From contig NMRA01000503.1 of assembly GCA_002633005.1 (NCBI GenBank), forward strand, positions 1-64,000: 64,000 bases of DNA. Reading direction: 5' to 3'. The notes beneath the pieces were generated by a model. That model did not search any database and was not told the DNA's origin. It was given only the letters and a program-made list of their open reading frames with translations. Below, piece after piece: positions 13,474 to 26,200 of the stretch (its first letter is position 1; each line of letters begins with the position of its first letter). Position numbers and translations under genes: made by a program. Source of the stretch: Phoronis australis. Its lineage: Eukaryota; Animalia; Phoronida.

Positions 13474-14899
13474 AGTTCTAATAATATCACTTATTGTACA
13501 TCGTAGGCTTTGCTTACTCATACAGAAATACATAAATTCAAATGCATATTCAGAGTATTTACACGGACAGCAGTTCTCCTCTTAATAAAGCCATAGTCTT
13601 CTCAGTGAATATCCATTTGAATAAATGTGCATCACGACCCGAACACTAATGTATGAGTATAACCCAAAGTACAACTACTGTAAAATACAGCCGACACTTA
13701 AAACATATACGTGTTACAACTACCTGTACACCAAACAGTTGCCATAGGTGGAGAACTGTAACAGCAATCAGCCAGACAAAAATGTAATTAATGACAGAAG
13801 TTACGCACCTGTATCGTCCTTCATGTATCGGGTAAGACATATCATCTCCTCACGGTGCGCGCTTTCAAGGAAATGGCCGCAATCTGAAACAGCAGGCCGA
13901 CCCACTCAAAGGGAAACATTCAAGGGTCATGCTATTACTTCCCAGGAGGGGTTATTGCGCTTTCCAATGAACTACGAGCACACCAAGTAATCGAAGTGCA
14001 ACAACCAGGTAACCACTTCGTTACACAATCCAGATCAATAAACTCGCCTTTTAGAGATACTGAATACCAAAAGAGTGTTCTCAATGGAAAATCGTGCCAC
14101 ATGTCATCTTGCAGTGAATAAACGGGAGAGATCTTCGAGGGCATTGCATATGAATGGAAACTTTCAAAAACTAAACCGCATGGGGGCTACGACGAAGTTC
14201 GATGCAGGTCGTCCGTCAGTCTTGATTCGTGAACAGAGATTTGCCTTAGGGGTCGTGGTCTCTCAAACGGATAGGTCGGTGTTTTTTGTTTCCTGTCTGT
14301 CAACTTTCGATTCAGGAACTCGTATTGCTTTCCACTATCAGGCTCTGCCCGCCCGTGATTAACGCGAACCCTACCGGTCGTAGCATGAGAATATCCATAG
14401 CCAAAAGTGATATGTAAAGTGTTGCTATAAATCTGTCTAAATAGTAAAGTAAATTTGTACAACTGTATGCGCGAGTTTTATATTTAACCTATTAAAACGA
14501 GTCTTAAAAGCAAAATTAACATCAACAGACGCACGTGTACAACCTGGGAAGCTCATTTATATTGAGAAGCAAATTGTTGAAGGCACTGTATTCATATGTC
14601 TTCACACAGGTCATATGTTGGTCACATCACGTGAAGACGTGTCAAACATGTAAATTGTTACTGTGGCACAATTAAGTTTCTATGCAATTTACAAAAAAAA
14701 CAACTATCGAGTTTAACATTATGTAAAATTTGAGCATTTGTTTCAATACTACATTTGTCCAAGGTTTCATTACAGAGCACGTGTCGGATCGAGTCTACAC
14801 AGTCACTTGTCTTTGAAAGTTTATTATTGGAGTTCATGGTGATTATTTAAAAACCTAATGACTTTGTAGAATGTATCCATTCTAGTAATGTCGATGATA

Positions 14900-15540
14900 T
14901 TCTTCTATGTCAAAATGTTTCCGATGTGAAAGTTTTGAGATATGCTGATGATATGGCTTTGTGTACTTAATCTCCAGTTAAACTGCAAAAACTACTGTGT
15001 GCTTTAAGTAAGTTCTGCCAGGAATGGAGTGTGTCTGTAAATTTAGTGAAGACCACAGTTATGGTGTTTAGAAACGGAGGTCCCTTGAGAAATTGCGAGA
15101 TGTGGTATTTTGGAGGTGAAAAACTCGAAGTGATTTCCATGCCAGCTACAAGTATCTTGGTGTTGTGTTCACGCCAAAGTTATTGTGGACTATGGCTGCT
15201 CAGACCCTGTCAGCCCAAGCCACGGAGGTAGCCATTACAGTCGACAAGCTACAAAGAAGCTGGACCATATTTCAACCATGTGTGGCTTTTGAGACATTTG
15301 ATAATATAGTTTACCCCAGCTCATGCTATGGAGCCGAAATATGGGTCTTACAAGAATACAACTGGTTAGAACAAGTGCAAAGTAAATTTTGCAGGCGACG
15401 GTGTATTGGGTGTAGCTAATTCATGCTGAAACAATGCTGCACTGAGCGCATGTCGGCTGTTGCCGTTATTTACTAATCACTATGTTGCCGTGATCACGTA
15501 TTGATTCAGACTGCTCAAAATGCCTCCTCGCATGACTTTG
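14900..15540 (+). mobile_element. Degraded non-LTR retrotransposon (CR1/L2-group LINE) reverse transcriptase fragment
   Basis: YADD at 14941, then LQKLLCALSKFCQEWSVSVNLVKTTVMVFRNGG, YKYLG (frameshifted), FTPKLLW and YGAEIW...LEQVQSKFC. Stops and frameshifts are present. Confidence 0.85.
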
Positions 15541-16180
15541 ACCAAAATGGTCGGCACTCCCGAAATTGAGCCACATCACTTAGACTTATACAGCCGATTT
15601 CATAAAGGTGGTTTAAAGTTAAACCTGGTTTAAACTGGACTTAGATAATCTGCATTTCATAAAGTGGCTTAACTTTTAGACCAGTGATCGAGTAAAGCCT
15701 GGTTTAACTCCTATTTAGACCTGGACTAAGTCAGTTTTCATTTCACCAACGAAGTCTATATTCTTTAAATCTCTATTAAGATCTTAAACCAGGTTTAACT
15801 TTAGACTTGGTCAGACCTAGGTTTAACTGTTAAATATGACAGACTTGCATGATATAGGTGAAACTGACTGAGGCCGCGGTGTGCATTTACGACGCAGTTT
15901 TAGAGCGCTGTCTTACAACATCTCTTGTGGCGCTTTTTATTGCCCATCTTACCATAGATTACCTATTATACGTTATGTACCTGTATTCATTTTTGTATTC
16001 ATTTTATGTAATTGTACTAGTCATAATAAATGACCTTATATCGCCTACCTCTGTCTCCTTTCCATCTCTGGTAACGAGCTTGCGACGCACGTATCATTTA
16101 TCTATTATTCGGGACATATGTCGATCATAAATGGACTATTTTCAATATTCAGTTTTACGACGACACAAGATCAAACGTAG

Positions 16181-16324
16181 CAGGGGCGGATCCACGACTT
16201 TTAAGGGGAGGGGACTTTTTAAAAGGGGGGACCAAGTCAACAATTTGAAGATTATAGATTTGATCTCACTAAAATCAAGTAAAAAGGGAGTCCGGACCCC
16301 TTTACCCCCTTGGATCCGCCTTCG
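16181..16324 (+). mobile_element. Short MITE (caggggcggatcc...ggatccgcc), same family as 63715-63869
   Basis: It has terminal inverted repeats, and the interior (ccaagtcaacaatttgaa...cactaaaatcaag...gagtccggacccc) matches the reverse complement of 63715-63869. Confidence 0.8.
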
Positions 16325-16818
16325 TGCTGTATAGTGTCCTGCGGATTCTTCAGAATACGACTGGTCGAGCAGGGCGTCATCGTCATAAGCGCTACGGGTT
16401 TGACTAAGACAGCATTTTCTGATTCTTCAGAGTTCCACCTCCATTGGTCTCCGATTTAATGTTGCCGGGAAGGGGTCTTGCCTCCCCTTTGGCCGCGAAA
16501 AATAAACACTAAAGTGGCACGGAAATAAATTTGGACATTTATGATATTACGGCTAATCGTGTGCATGTACTTTAATGTGGCGTGTGTTGGTCACACACAT
16601 TACATTTTTCCCCATGAGAAAAGCTTTTACACCTTTTTCGCAAATGTCTGCACTGATTCTACTAGTGTGTGCCATTGTATACCCACGTGATCAAGGTTTC
16701 ATTGAAGCACTTAATTAGTTTCTTTGTTGGGTTAATCCAGATCGACACAGCAGCTAGGGTGGCTTAGATACTTTAAACCTGGTTTTACTAAAACGGCTCC
16801 CTGGTCTAACAAAACCAG

Positions 16819-17212
16819 GGCCCGGTCTCCAATCTTTTTACTCGAAATGGAACTCGAAATTAGGTTTGGCATTTTCTACTTTACTTTTGGGCGAACACAA
16901 GATAAGTGTCTATTATTCTATGCTCGAGTACACAATAACTTACGTAGATATTGCTCCTTAGCCTCACAGTTTGTAAACCCAATATTAAAGCAATAAGTTC
17001 GAGTTTGAACTCGAAATTTCGAGTTTTTACTCGAGTTTGTAGCACGAATATAAGGGTCTTCAAGGGCAAACTTGAACTAGAAACTCCTATGCATAACGGT
17101 ATTCGAGCACAGTCTGATAACCAATTATCTTAAGCCTTCGCACAAAAGGAGCAGAGAAATTGCCAAAAATAGTTTCGAGTTCGTTTCGAGTACAAAGATT
17201 AGAGACCGGGCC
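16819..17212. mobile_element. PIF/Harbinger-type MITE with CAG target-site duplication
   Basis: TIRs ggcccggtctccaatctttttactcgaaa / tttcgagtacaaagattagagaccgggcc; TSD cag at 16816-16818 and 17213-17215; internal actcga/tcgagt subrepeats. Confidence 0.9.
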
Positions 17213-17331
17213 CAGGCTTTCAGATATTTAAACCACGTATGTTGGTGAAATGCAAATTGGATCTAAAGACCAGGTGTAGGAAGACCATGCAGGTTCAAGT
17301 CTTAACCTCGACAGGGTTTTGTCAGCGGAAG

Positions 17332-17359
17332 AAGAATAAGAAGAATAAGAATAAGAATT
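17332..17359. repeat. (AAGAAT)n microsatellite
   Basis: aagaataagaagaataagaataagaat is read directly. Confidence 0.75.
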
Positions 17360-17459
17360 GAAGAAAACCCAGGAACAACAGTACTCTACGCTTGCACGCG
17401 CAGGGTTTGCCCAACAAATTAGATCACTAATCAGTGACGGTAATTGATGGTAGTTGGCA

Positions 17460-17690
17460 GCCGGGTTTTATAAAAGGTAGGTTCATCATTGGCGAAAACA
17501 CACTGCTATTTACGATTCAATTTACTGAAGAAAATAACCCGGGGGCTCCTTGTTACTGTCGATTTTGAAAAAGCATTTGACTTTGTGTCTTGTAAATATA
17601 TGTATGATACTTTACGCTTCTTCAGTTGTGGTTCAAGATTCATCCGATCAATCTTTTAAACAATGGAGCTACATTTTGCGTTCTCTTAAG
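17460..17690 (+). mobile_element. Degraded Tx1/L1-clade LINE reverse transcriptase fragment
   Basis: The frameshifted translation GFIKGRF-IGENT...IQFTEENN-PG-LLVTVDFEKAFDFVSCKYMYDTLRFFSCGSRFI fits the L1/Tx1 RT signature GFxKGRxIGEN...DFEKAFDxV. Confidence 0.8.
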
Positions 17691-18430
17691 TTATTCGATT
17701 TATTTTGAGACACATCACACGCACCGGGTAGCATGGATGGAGCTGCAGGCACAGTACGGTTATTCCAACGGGCCTAATACGACGAACTCACTCAAGTGAC
17801 AGCTAAGACGCTACGGACTCCGGTGACAGTCACAAATACGAAACTAATCACGAAAACATCAGTTAAAATAGAGCGATCCTGGCGGCGGGTTATGGAACTG
17901 GAGATCATCTTCATTGAGACACTGTTCGTCACGTTCTCGTATTTGAAGGTTTTTATATTGAAAACCGAGGAAAGGTAGTGAGAAAAAGCTTATTGACCTT
18001 CTTATGTATCTGTTCATAAGTCCGAAGACACAATCTTTCAAACAGAAATCAACATGGAGCCGATTATGAATACCGGTATGAATCACCATTTGAGTGATTT
18101 TGACAAATCAGAGTAAGCCTGTCAGACAAGTGACTCAGTCAGTCATCTGTTGTCAGCTTTGTTCATTTTTGTTTGTTCCTTGAGCCTGTAGCTGTATTGC
18201 GTGAACCAGCACTCTAGATGCGGGGGGCCGTAATTCGCACAAACAATTATTTGGTATTAACATGCCAGAGCTGAAGAGGGTCACTGAACAGAGTCTGAAG
18301 TAAACGGGGCAGGGGTCACATCACAGTTCACTCAGGTAAAATTATGGAGTCTTGTCAACGTTTTTCAAATTTCACAGATTGCAACATTTTCCACGCTGTG
18401 GCCTCAGCCACCACCAAGCCTTCAGTACCA

Positions 18431-18610
18431 CCATAGGGGGATGGGGGGGGGCTAATTAGCCCCTCCACTTTTTTCAGTCGTGTGCCGCCCATGGTATATG
18501 GGCGGTGCATCCCAGGGGGGCTGGGTGCTCTAGCCCCCCCTCACTTTTTTCAGTGGTCCGCCGCCCATGTGTTTAGCCCCACCACTGTTTTCAGTGCTGT
18601 GCCGCCCATG
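18431..18610. mobile_element. Cluster of GC-rich short MITE units (...tagcccc..cactttttcagt..gccgcccatg), related to 63530-63673
   Basis: Three units end in gccgcccatg. The reverse complement matches catgggcggcgcaacactgaaaaaagggtgggcta at 63530. Confidence 0.7.
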
Positions 18611-19097
18611 CCTTTGCGTTTATGAATTTGGAGTGATTTTCACGATTCACACCAACAACATCTGAAGAGAATATCCTAGTGGCTAGTACCCTGTCTAGTT
18701 AGTGGGCTTCATTAAATCACGGTTTGCGCTTGTCAGTTTCACGTTCATAGCCACTGTTAAAATGTCATAAAACAACATTTGGCATATAGTTTGCATTATC
18801 AATTTTGGCAATTACAGTACAAGTCAAAAGTAATCGGATAGAATTGTTTTCCCATCATAACTGCTAATTCTGTTAACAGCAAAAATGACTGGGGACAATT
18901 ATAATGGTGAAAAAAACTAAAATTACAAAAGGCTTAGTCACCTTACGTCTCGGTCATGAGGGAAGACTAGTCTAACAATGAATTGGGCTTCCTCCCAGCT
19001 GTCATGGCAGGGTAATCTGGATCATTTTATTGAGTGAATACTTTTGCCTTGTACTATATATTATCTCATACGTGTTGAATATGTCATGTGCAATACA

Positions 19098-19820
19098 GCC
19101 ATGTTATAATGTTTTCCATACTCCCGCACTACTTCAATAGTGACCTCTAACATGGAAAATTCAAAAGGTAGGTCAATGTCGACTCGATGTCGTTAGCCGG
19201 TTCAATCATCGAACTTTCCGAATGTAGTTTAAAGTAATACAGTGGCAGCAGTATAAATAGCACTCGACATGCAATCAGGTCCTTTACATAACATCTGGTA
19301 CAAAACTGTTAATTATATGACACTTGTGTCTCAGATTTCAATTACTAAACATTATATCGTCTGCAACTCAGGCGCCGATTCCTCGATAGCTACAACATTA
19401 AATATTATTGTTATTTAACTATTTTCAGGAGATGTTACAAGTTCAATGAAAAGCTACCCTTGTTTTCATCTTTGTTATCGCTTTTCAAGTAATAAATCGT
19501 TACATTTAAAACTGTTTCTTTTCACTAGAGAAAACTTGCAACCTAATGCACAAGTACATACATATAGGATGTGATCCACCATGTGAACAGACTGAGTGAA
19601 GTATTTAAAAATTCTGTCAAAAAAATGAAAGAAACTTAAGAATTCAAAGTATTTGGGATAAATACAAAACATACCTCAATTGGCATAGATAAAGTAATAT
19701 CCCACCTGACATTATTCTGCGTATCGACCAAGACTAAAGGTCGAGGTCGATATGCGGAATAATGTCTTGTGGGAAATTATTTCATCTACGCCAGTCTTGG
19801 CACATTTTGTGTATTTACTC
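19098..19820 (+). mobile_element. Interspersed repeat copy 1 with long terminal hairpin (Crypton-like non-autonomous, tentative)
   Basis: Collinear with 21609-22255 (gtcaatgtcgactcga..cgttagc.ggttcaatcatc.aactttcc). An imperfect palindrome spans 19659-19820 (cattattctgcgtatcgacc ... ggtcgatatgcggaataatg). Confidence 0.65.
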
Positions 19821-19865
19821 GAAATTTTAAAATTAAATTTTGTTGAACTTAGTAACATACAGAGA

Positions 19866-19975
19866 GGAGGCAGTGTGGCCTAGTGTGATAGGTGGCCGCA
19901 TTCTTTACTCGAGGTCGTGGGTTCAAGTCCCACTGGGTCACACTGCTAAACCCTTGAGTCAGATTTGTAGCTCCT
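19866..19975 (+). mobile_element. tRNA-derived SINE head
   Basis: A-box-like tggcctagtg and B-box ggttcaagtcc, followed by acccttgag; no clean cloverleaf. Confidence 0.65.
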
Positions 19976-20216
19976 CAGCTCAGTTTTATCCATGCGTTAA
20001 TAAGGCCTAAAAATGTTTCCAGGTGATCAGTGCGAGTTCGAACTTGCTACATCAGGTAATTCTAGTAACTATTTGCCTGACACTAACCAAATATTAATAT
20101 TACAAGAGGTGTTAGTTTTGATAAAATTGTGAATACAGTTGCCAATAACCATGATAAGTGCTAATTAGTGTCACTTTCTTTTATTACAGCTATATGACTG
20201 ATGGTGTGATATCGCA

Positions 20217-23200
20217 ATGACGTCTCGTAACAAAATGGTAAGTTATAGATTGGGTACCTCTTGGTAAGTTATGGATTGGGTACCTCTTAATTGACAGCCT
20301 CTATTAAGCTTATAGTAGTATCGGATTTTGCCGTGATGAGATTAGATCATCTGTGTCGAGTGTGAAAAACAATGCGACAATTGAGCATGAAACAAAGGAT
20401 TCGAAACTTGTGTTTATTCTTGGAATTAGAACATTGTAGATATTTAGTGCCCGTTCACACCACTGAATCCATTGAATCCAGAACTTGTTCATACAAATGT
20501 CATGAAACTTGATTTTTGAACATTTTCATGACTTTAATAGTTCCCGTTGAGTTTCAATTTTCTGATATAGAGAACTTCGCTACTTGAAAATTGCCCAATT
20601 GAACCAGTATCCACCACTGTACAGGCATTTTTCCAACTTCATTTATGCTGGTTGTTTTACATGTTACTATTTATGTCCAAAATTTACACACATCAAAGTG
20701 AATTAGTTTTCAAGGAGTATGCGTGTGTACAGATACAAAGGAAATTGGTGATGGTGATCCACATGACCAGAGTTAAACTTTAGTCGTCTGATTGTAGACG
20801 TTATCAACAAATTAGCCGTGATGAATGAGTAGGGTGTGATTATAAAAATTTTTTTTGACAGTACGTTATTCCATAATAAGATTTTAGATGTTTGTAAAGT
20901 TCGAAATTTCATTGAAGAAAAAATCTCAACGCTTTGACTTTCCATGATTTTATAGCTTTGATGCACTTTTTTCTAGAATACTTCATTGGTGTTCAAAACA
21001 CCAATGACTTACAGCCCCTACCTGAACGGTGACCAACCAAGACCATCACCTTCGAAACGAGATATGTTGATGGATCAACTGGGACTTGCGGGTAATTTGA
21101 AGTACATGTGACATGGACTCCACTTTCAGTTTTGATACATAGTCAATGCTTTGCAACAAGATAAATAATTTTGACTCCCTAATTTTATTGGAATCAATGT
21201 GTTTTTCATTTCTTTGTTTTGAGGTTCTGTGCTTGACAAAGTGACCTTGATCTTTTGCAAATGGTAATTGTGGAATTTGTCACCTGTACACTTTCATTTA
21301 TTTTGTAGATACTAATATTGACTCAGACCTTGCTTCGTCTGATGAAGAACTAGAGGAAATGAGTCAAGCTAACGTGTGTTCTGCGGTCGAGTACCAAACG
21401 TTAAAACGTGAGTTGGAGGAAAGAGAAAAGCAAAGAGCTGAGTTACTGTTAACTATAAGGGTAAGTATATAAATATGGCATGCTGACCAGAGACTTAAAA
21501 TGTTTTCAATAAAAGGGTAAGTGGGTGTTCATTTATGAAGACACTGCAAAGTGCTTACGGTATTATATATGTTTATACCATACATGTTGAATCAGTCTAG
21601 TGTAACACGGCCATGTAATATTATTTTTCGTATTCCCCTTCTGCACTACAGCAACAGTGCCCTCTGACATAGAAAGTTCAAAAAGTAAGTCAATGTCGAC
21701 TCGACGCCGTTAGCTGGTTCAATCATCAAACTTTCCCAAAATAGTTTTATCTAATACAATTGCAGCAGTATAAATAGCACTCAACATGCAATCAGTTCCT
21801 AAACGTAACATCTGGAACAAAACTGTTAATTTTATGACACATTCTGTCTCTGTTTTCGATTGCTAAATATTTTATTGTCTGCAACTCAGGCGCTGATTCC
21901 TCAGTAACTACAATGTCAAATATTGTTATTATTTAACTATTTTCAAGAAATGTTAAAAGTTCTATGCACAGTTGCTGTTGTTTTCATGTTTGTTTTCTCT
22001 ATTCAAGTAACTGTTTCTTTTGCTAGACAAAACTTGTAACCTAATGCGCGAGTACGTGCATATAGGATCTGATCCGCCATGTGAACAGTCTGGGTGAAGT
22101 ATTTAAAAATCTGATGAAAAAATGAAAGAAAATCGAACCATATGCTATGGGATAAATACAAAACTTACCTCGACCTTATTCTACATAGCGGTCGATACAC
22201 GGAATAGTGTCTCGTGGGATATTATTTTGCCACTCTCGATGCGTTTTGTGTATATCAACCTCATTAACTTTCCTGTTCATTCTCTGTCATGAGGAAAGAC
22301 TACTCTAACAGTGAATTCTGCTTCCACCCAGCCATCACGAGGGGGATTAAGGGTCATTTTGTCTGAATACATTTGTCTTGTACTGTAGCTGGGTACATGT
22401 GTCTGTTTAGGGCAATGAGGAAAAGATCAAGATGTACAAAGAGAAGTTGTACCAAGAAGGAGTTATCAAAAAGCAACAAGTGTCATTCCTTAAGAGAACC
22501 CAGGAAGCAATGTGCAGTGAAAATGTCCAGAAAGTCAAGAATCTCAAGTCTATTATTGATGAACAAGAAGCCAGAATTGTTCAATTGGAGTCTGGAGGTT
22601 CGTTACAGCGTTGGCATTAGATGAAATTTTGCTTTTTAGTGACTTCTAAATGGTTTGGATGTTTCTGTGAGAAGCTGAAGCCTGTTTGTTTCTCTTTCTG
22701 GGTATCTTTTGTGTGTATAATAGTTTGGGCGGTAGGAGTCACTTTTTAGTGGAATAGTCTTGAAATCAGCGCACAGTGTTTGACCCAAGTGTTCTGGGGT
22801 CACATGTTTTTGTCTCTTAAAATCAGATCTTAGAACTTATTACAGATATCTTTTTGTCTGAGATAAGCAGTCATTGTTGAAAGTATCTTCTGAATTAATA
22901 TATTCATTCGAGAATTGTTTAGTGTGCTTTTTATCACTTTTTTGTTGGCTTTAAAATGGGTGCTCTTGGATTCATTTTAATTTAAATATCCCCATTTTAG
23001 TTAAAAAATGTCAGTTGGTAGACAAACTTTACAATCATTGCCCTAGTAATTCATTTGGCTTCCTTTTAAGTTCAGATCTGTTATCTTCTGTCGTCGTTTA
23101 GGACAGTCTAGCTTGCAGTCTAACTATCTCGGCATTAGTCAACTAATCGAACAAATTAATCAGTGTCAAGACGATCGATGTAGACTCTCCAGTCAGTTGC

Positions 23201-26200
23201 ATGAGCTTCAGTCAAAACTAGAAAAGTCCAAGTCTGATAGTGTAATGGAACTGGACAGGCTTCGGAAAGGAAACTCCAAGTTACAGGAGCGGTTACGTGC
23301 TGTTCAGGTGAGTACTAGAACACATGACTTGGTGTCACTGTTATAAATACCTTTGCATTCTTTTGCTTATTTTATTCCATAGTTTTCATGATTTGATTTT
23401 TTCACTGCTGCTACATGTTGTTCTGCTGAAAACCATTATCTCCCAAATGGTTTTGATTTGAGTCCAACATGTTCTAACAATTCTCACTATATCACCATTT
23501 CCATCTTCGCTGTCTAGAACTGACAGCCAAAGGTGGTTAAAAAGTAATAACTGCAGTCTGCCCGCCTATCAAAAGTAATACTCGATTTAAAGCTCTAACC
23601 GTTATGAAATTGGTCTCATATTGTTCCTTACTCCGATTAGGGTTATTATCTGCCAAGCTGCCCAAGTTGGGTTGACACCGTAGTCTTTTGATCTGCTGAA
23701 ATCTGTATGACTAGTTCTGTTACTATGAGCCCACACGTGAAGGGGCAGGTGCTTGTGCCTTCTGATAAAAAATTTCTTTCATAGAAAAAGAAAATACCCC
23801 CTCTCACTCACCACCAATATAATTGCTCTTGGGAAACTTAATTCATAGCCTCTGTACCGTGTTCAGGTCGTAACAAATGTGTTAGAAGTACTGACTGCTC
23901 TGTGGTTAATGAAACCTTCTACTGCCTTTGGGAAAGTTTCAATTGTTGGAGGGGAATTTTTTGGCCTTTTGAGGGGAATTTTGTGCATTTTTAAGGTCGT
24001 TGAGAGGGGAGTAAGGTCAATATGTGGCACAAATCAATGCATGGAGGCTCCTAAGTTTAGCAACAGGTCACTTATTGTCTGTGGCAATTAATATTGGGTT
24101 TGTGCAATAATTTACAGCAAGCCAATGAGAAGAGGGTTAGTGAGAATGAAAATGAAATCAAGGAGCTTGAAGCAAACTGTGACAAATTGAAAGCCGAACT
24201 TTCTGCGTCAAGACGTCTTCATCCTAAGCAGAACCAGGAAATTAAAAAAGACAGTGAGAAACTTCAGGTGACTAAATACTTAGTTTTAATTTGCTCTCTG
24301 AAACAGCAGTGTTCTGTCACTGACATCTGTGTATGGTGAATTCTCACTACTTTAGGTCACAATGTGGCCGACAAAGTGAAATTGTATTTTTACTAAGTAT
24401 AGGTCACATCAAATTAATGCTGCATCAGTTCTGAACCATAGCTACCACCAGAAAATATTTTGAAAAATGGTGGACATACACAACTGGCAATTGTTTTATT
24501 CAAAATTAGTGAGATTTTGCTGTATTTTAATTTGCATTGTAGTGATCCTAGCACGACATCGCTATTAGATGACAGCTTCTTCATTTTTTCTACGTTATTC
24601 CCACTTATTTAGCACATGATATGGCTGACAAAATGAATTTCTATTTTCTCAAATTTCACCTCAAAAATGTAGATTAAGAAATTTTTAGGAAAGCATGAAT
24701 TGTACTGTTTAGATGCCAGAAGACAACTAAGCTTTCCATTATTTGGGGTTAAATAATCAGTCTTTAATAATGGGAAAATGACAGTTTTGACAATTGTGTT
24801 TTTGCGAAATGAATGGAAAATTGCCGTAATTAGGCTCAGCTAAAAGCAGATATCTTGGCAAACCTTACTATAATAACTTACTAGGTTAAGCTGAAAGGGA
24901 CACATTGCACAGAGGTTACAGTGTGCTTTAAAGTAGCACAGACTTTAGATGTTCCTTAAAGGAACGTATTTTACAGTGGTTGAAAATATACCTTGTAGGA
25001 ACTCATCACACACAAACGATAAATGGAAGAAGCACGTTTTGCAAGATGTTAGCTGTCTGCTTGAAAGGAGCCTTTGTTATTCATCTCTGAGCAGTGTTTG
25101 TCTTATTACAGTACACACCAAAAGTAGCCAACTCGGTTTACTTGCACTCAGGGAATTCTGCTTGCTCCCAGTTGTGGCTGCGGGGAATTCTGGGTCATTT
25201 TTGGCATGTACTGTAGTTGATAAATGTCGTCAAAGTTTAACGCGAGTACAATGTGTCATTCAGGAAACTTGCAATTTTAACAGCACTATTTGTCATTTCT
25301 TTTTATTTCCGAAACAGAAGCTGGAGAAAGAGAATGTGCGGTTGAAGGACAAGTTGCTTGGCTTGGAAGCTGATCTGGCCACAACGTCGAAGAGTGTGCT
25401 AGATGAGCAGCTGAAGTATCAGGAAGAACTGGGTAGACTGGAAAGAGAGAAACAAGATTTAACCATGCAGACTAGAGAAATGAGACAAAATCTAACCTCC
25501 ATACACGCACAGCAACCACAGGTGAGGTCATGACCAGAATTTTAGCAGAATTTTATCAATAGGCATTCTTTCCTACTTTACCAACTTGGCATGGAAATCA
25601 TGGAATAAATTGATAAAGGGATTAGGCTCATGATCTGGGCTGCGTTACGTAGATCCAAGACATTAGTCATGCACCTCTTCGCTTATGGAGCTGGAAAAGT
25701 GAATTCTATCCCATAATTTAGAGATTCTATCCCGTAATTCGATCTTCCAGTATCATTTTTCTAGGTTGTGCTATAAAGGTTTGCAGCTTATTCGCATTGC
25801 CTTTCACTCTCGTGATTTTGCACAATCTCACTTCTCTCACCAGAAATGTGCTCTACAGAACAGACTTGGTCTAAAAAGTTTCCTTGCTGAGAAGGCCGTT
25901 TTTTCCAAAATTAAGGGGCTGCAATTGATATGCTGGTTAATTTTACACAAATTGGTCAACCTTAGAAACATTGGTGGCTTTTCGACGATCACTTTTAATA
26001 TTGCCAATGGCTCTTTAGTAGAGACTCTTGATACCACTAATATTTGGCTGCTCATTCCACACTAAACTTTGAATGGAACCAACGTAATTTTTGAACTTTC
26101 AAAAAGTTAAATTATGGTAGTTTTAGAATTTTACTTGGACTTCTCCTTGTAGGTTGTCACCAAGATTCAAAAAGTGGAAGTCGAGTGTCAGTCTACAACA

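Larger units (their letters stand above)
1361..13870. repeat. Degenerate tandem array of ~6 copies of a ~1.9-kb unit, with deletions and nested insertions
   Basis: Three anchors recur in the same order. gggattagaaagagcg-like at ~1979, 3879, 5679, 6745, 9770, 13350. catgtatcgggtaagacagcatctc-like at ~2267, 4160, 5998, 7015, 10038, 13822. ccgttttggttatccg-like at ~1718, 3562, 5502, 9430, 12442. No intact reading frame is shared between copies. Confidence 0.9.
15590..17280. mobile_element. Harbinger-like non-autonomous element with many aaaccaggttt palindromic subrepeats; hosts two nested MITEs
   Basis: aacctggttt/aaaccagg repeats at 15620-15830 and 16775-16820. Left gccgatttcataaaggtggtttaaagt resembles the reverse complement of 16770-16798. 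The right boundary is uncertain. Confidence 0.45.

Noticed and set aside
13870-14480. Possible solo LTR
   Set aside because: No clear TG...CA ends, TSD, primer-binding site or second copy could be identified.
19866-19950. Functional tRNA genes (here, at 30346-30420 and at ~29655-29730)
   Set aside because: A/B boxes are present but the acceptor and anticodon stems do not pair properly, so they are treated as SINE heads.
24949-25317. N-terminal part of the 194-aa ORF
   Set aside because: This is intron read-through; only 25318-25521, after the pyrimidine tract and CAG, is a KIFC3 exon.
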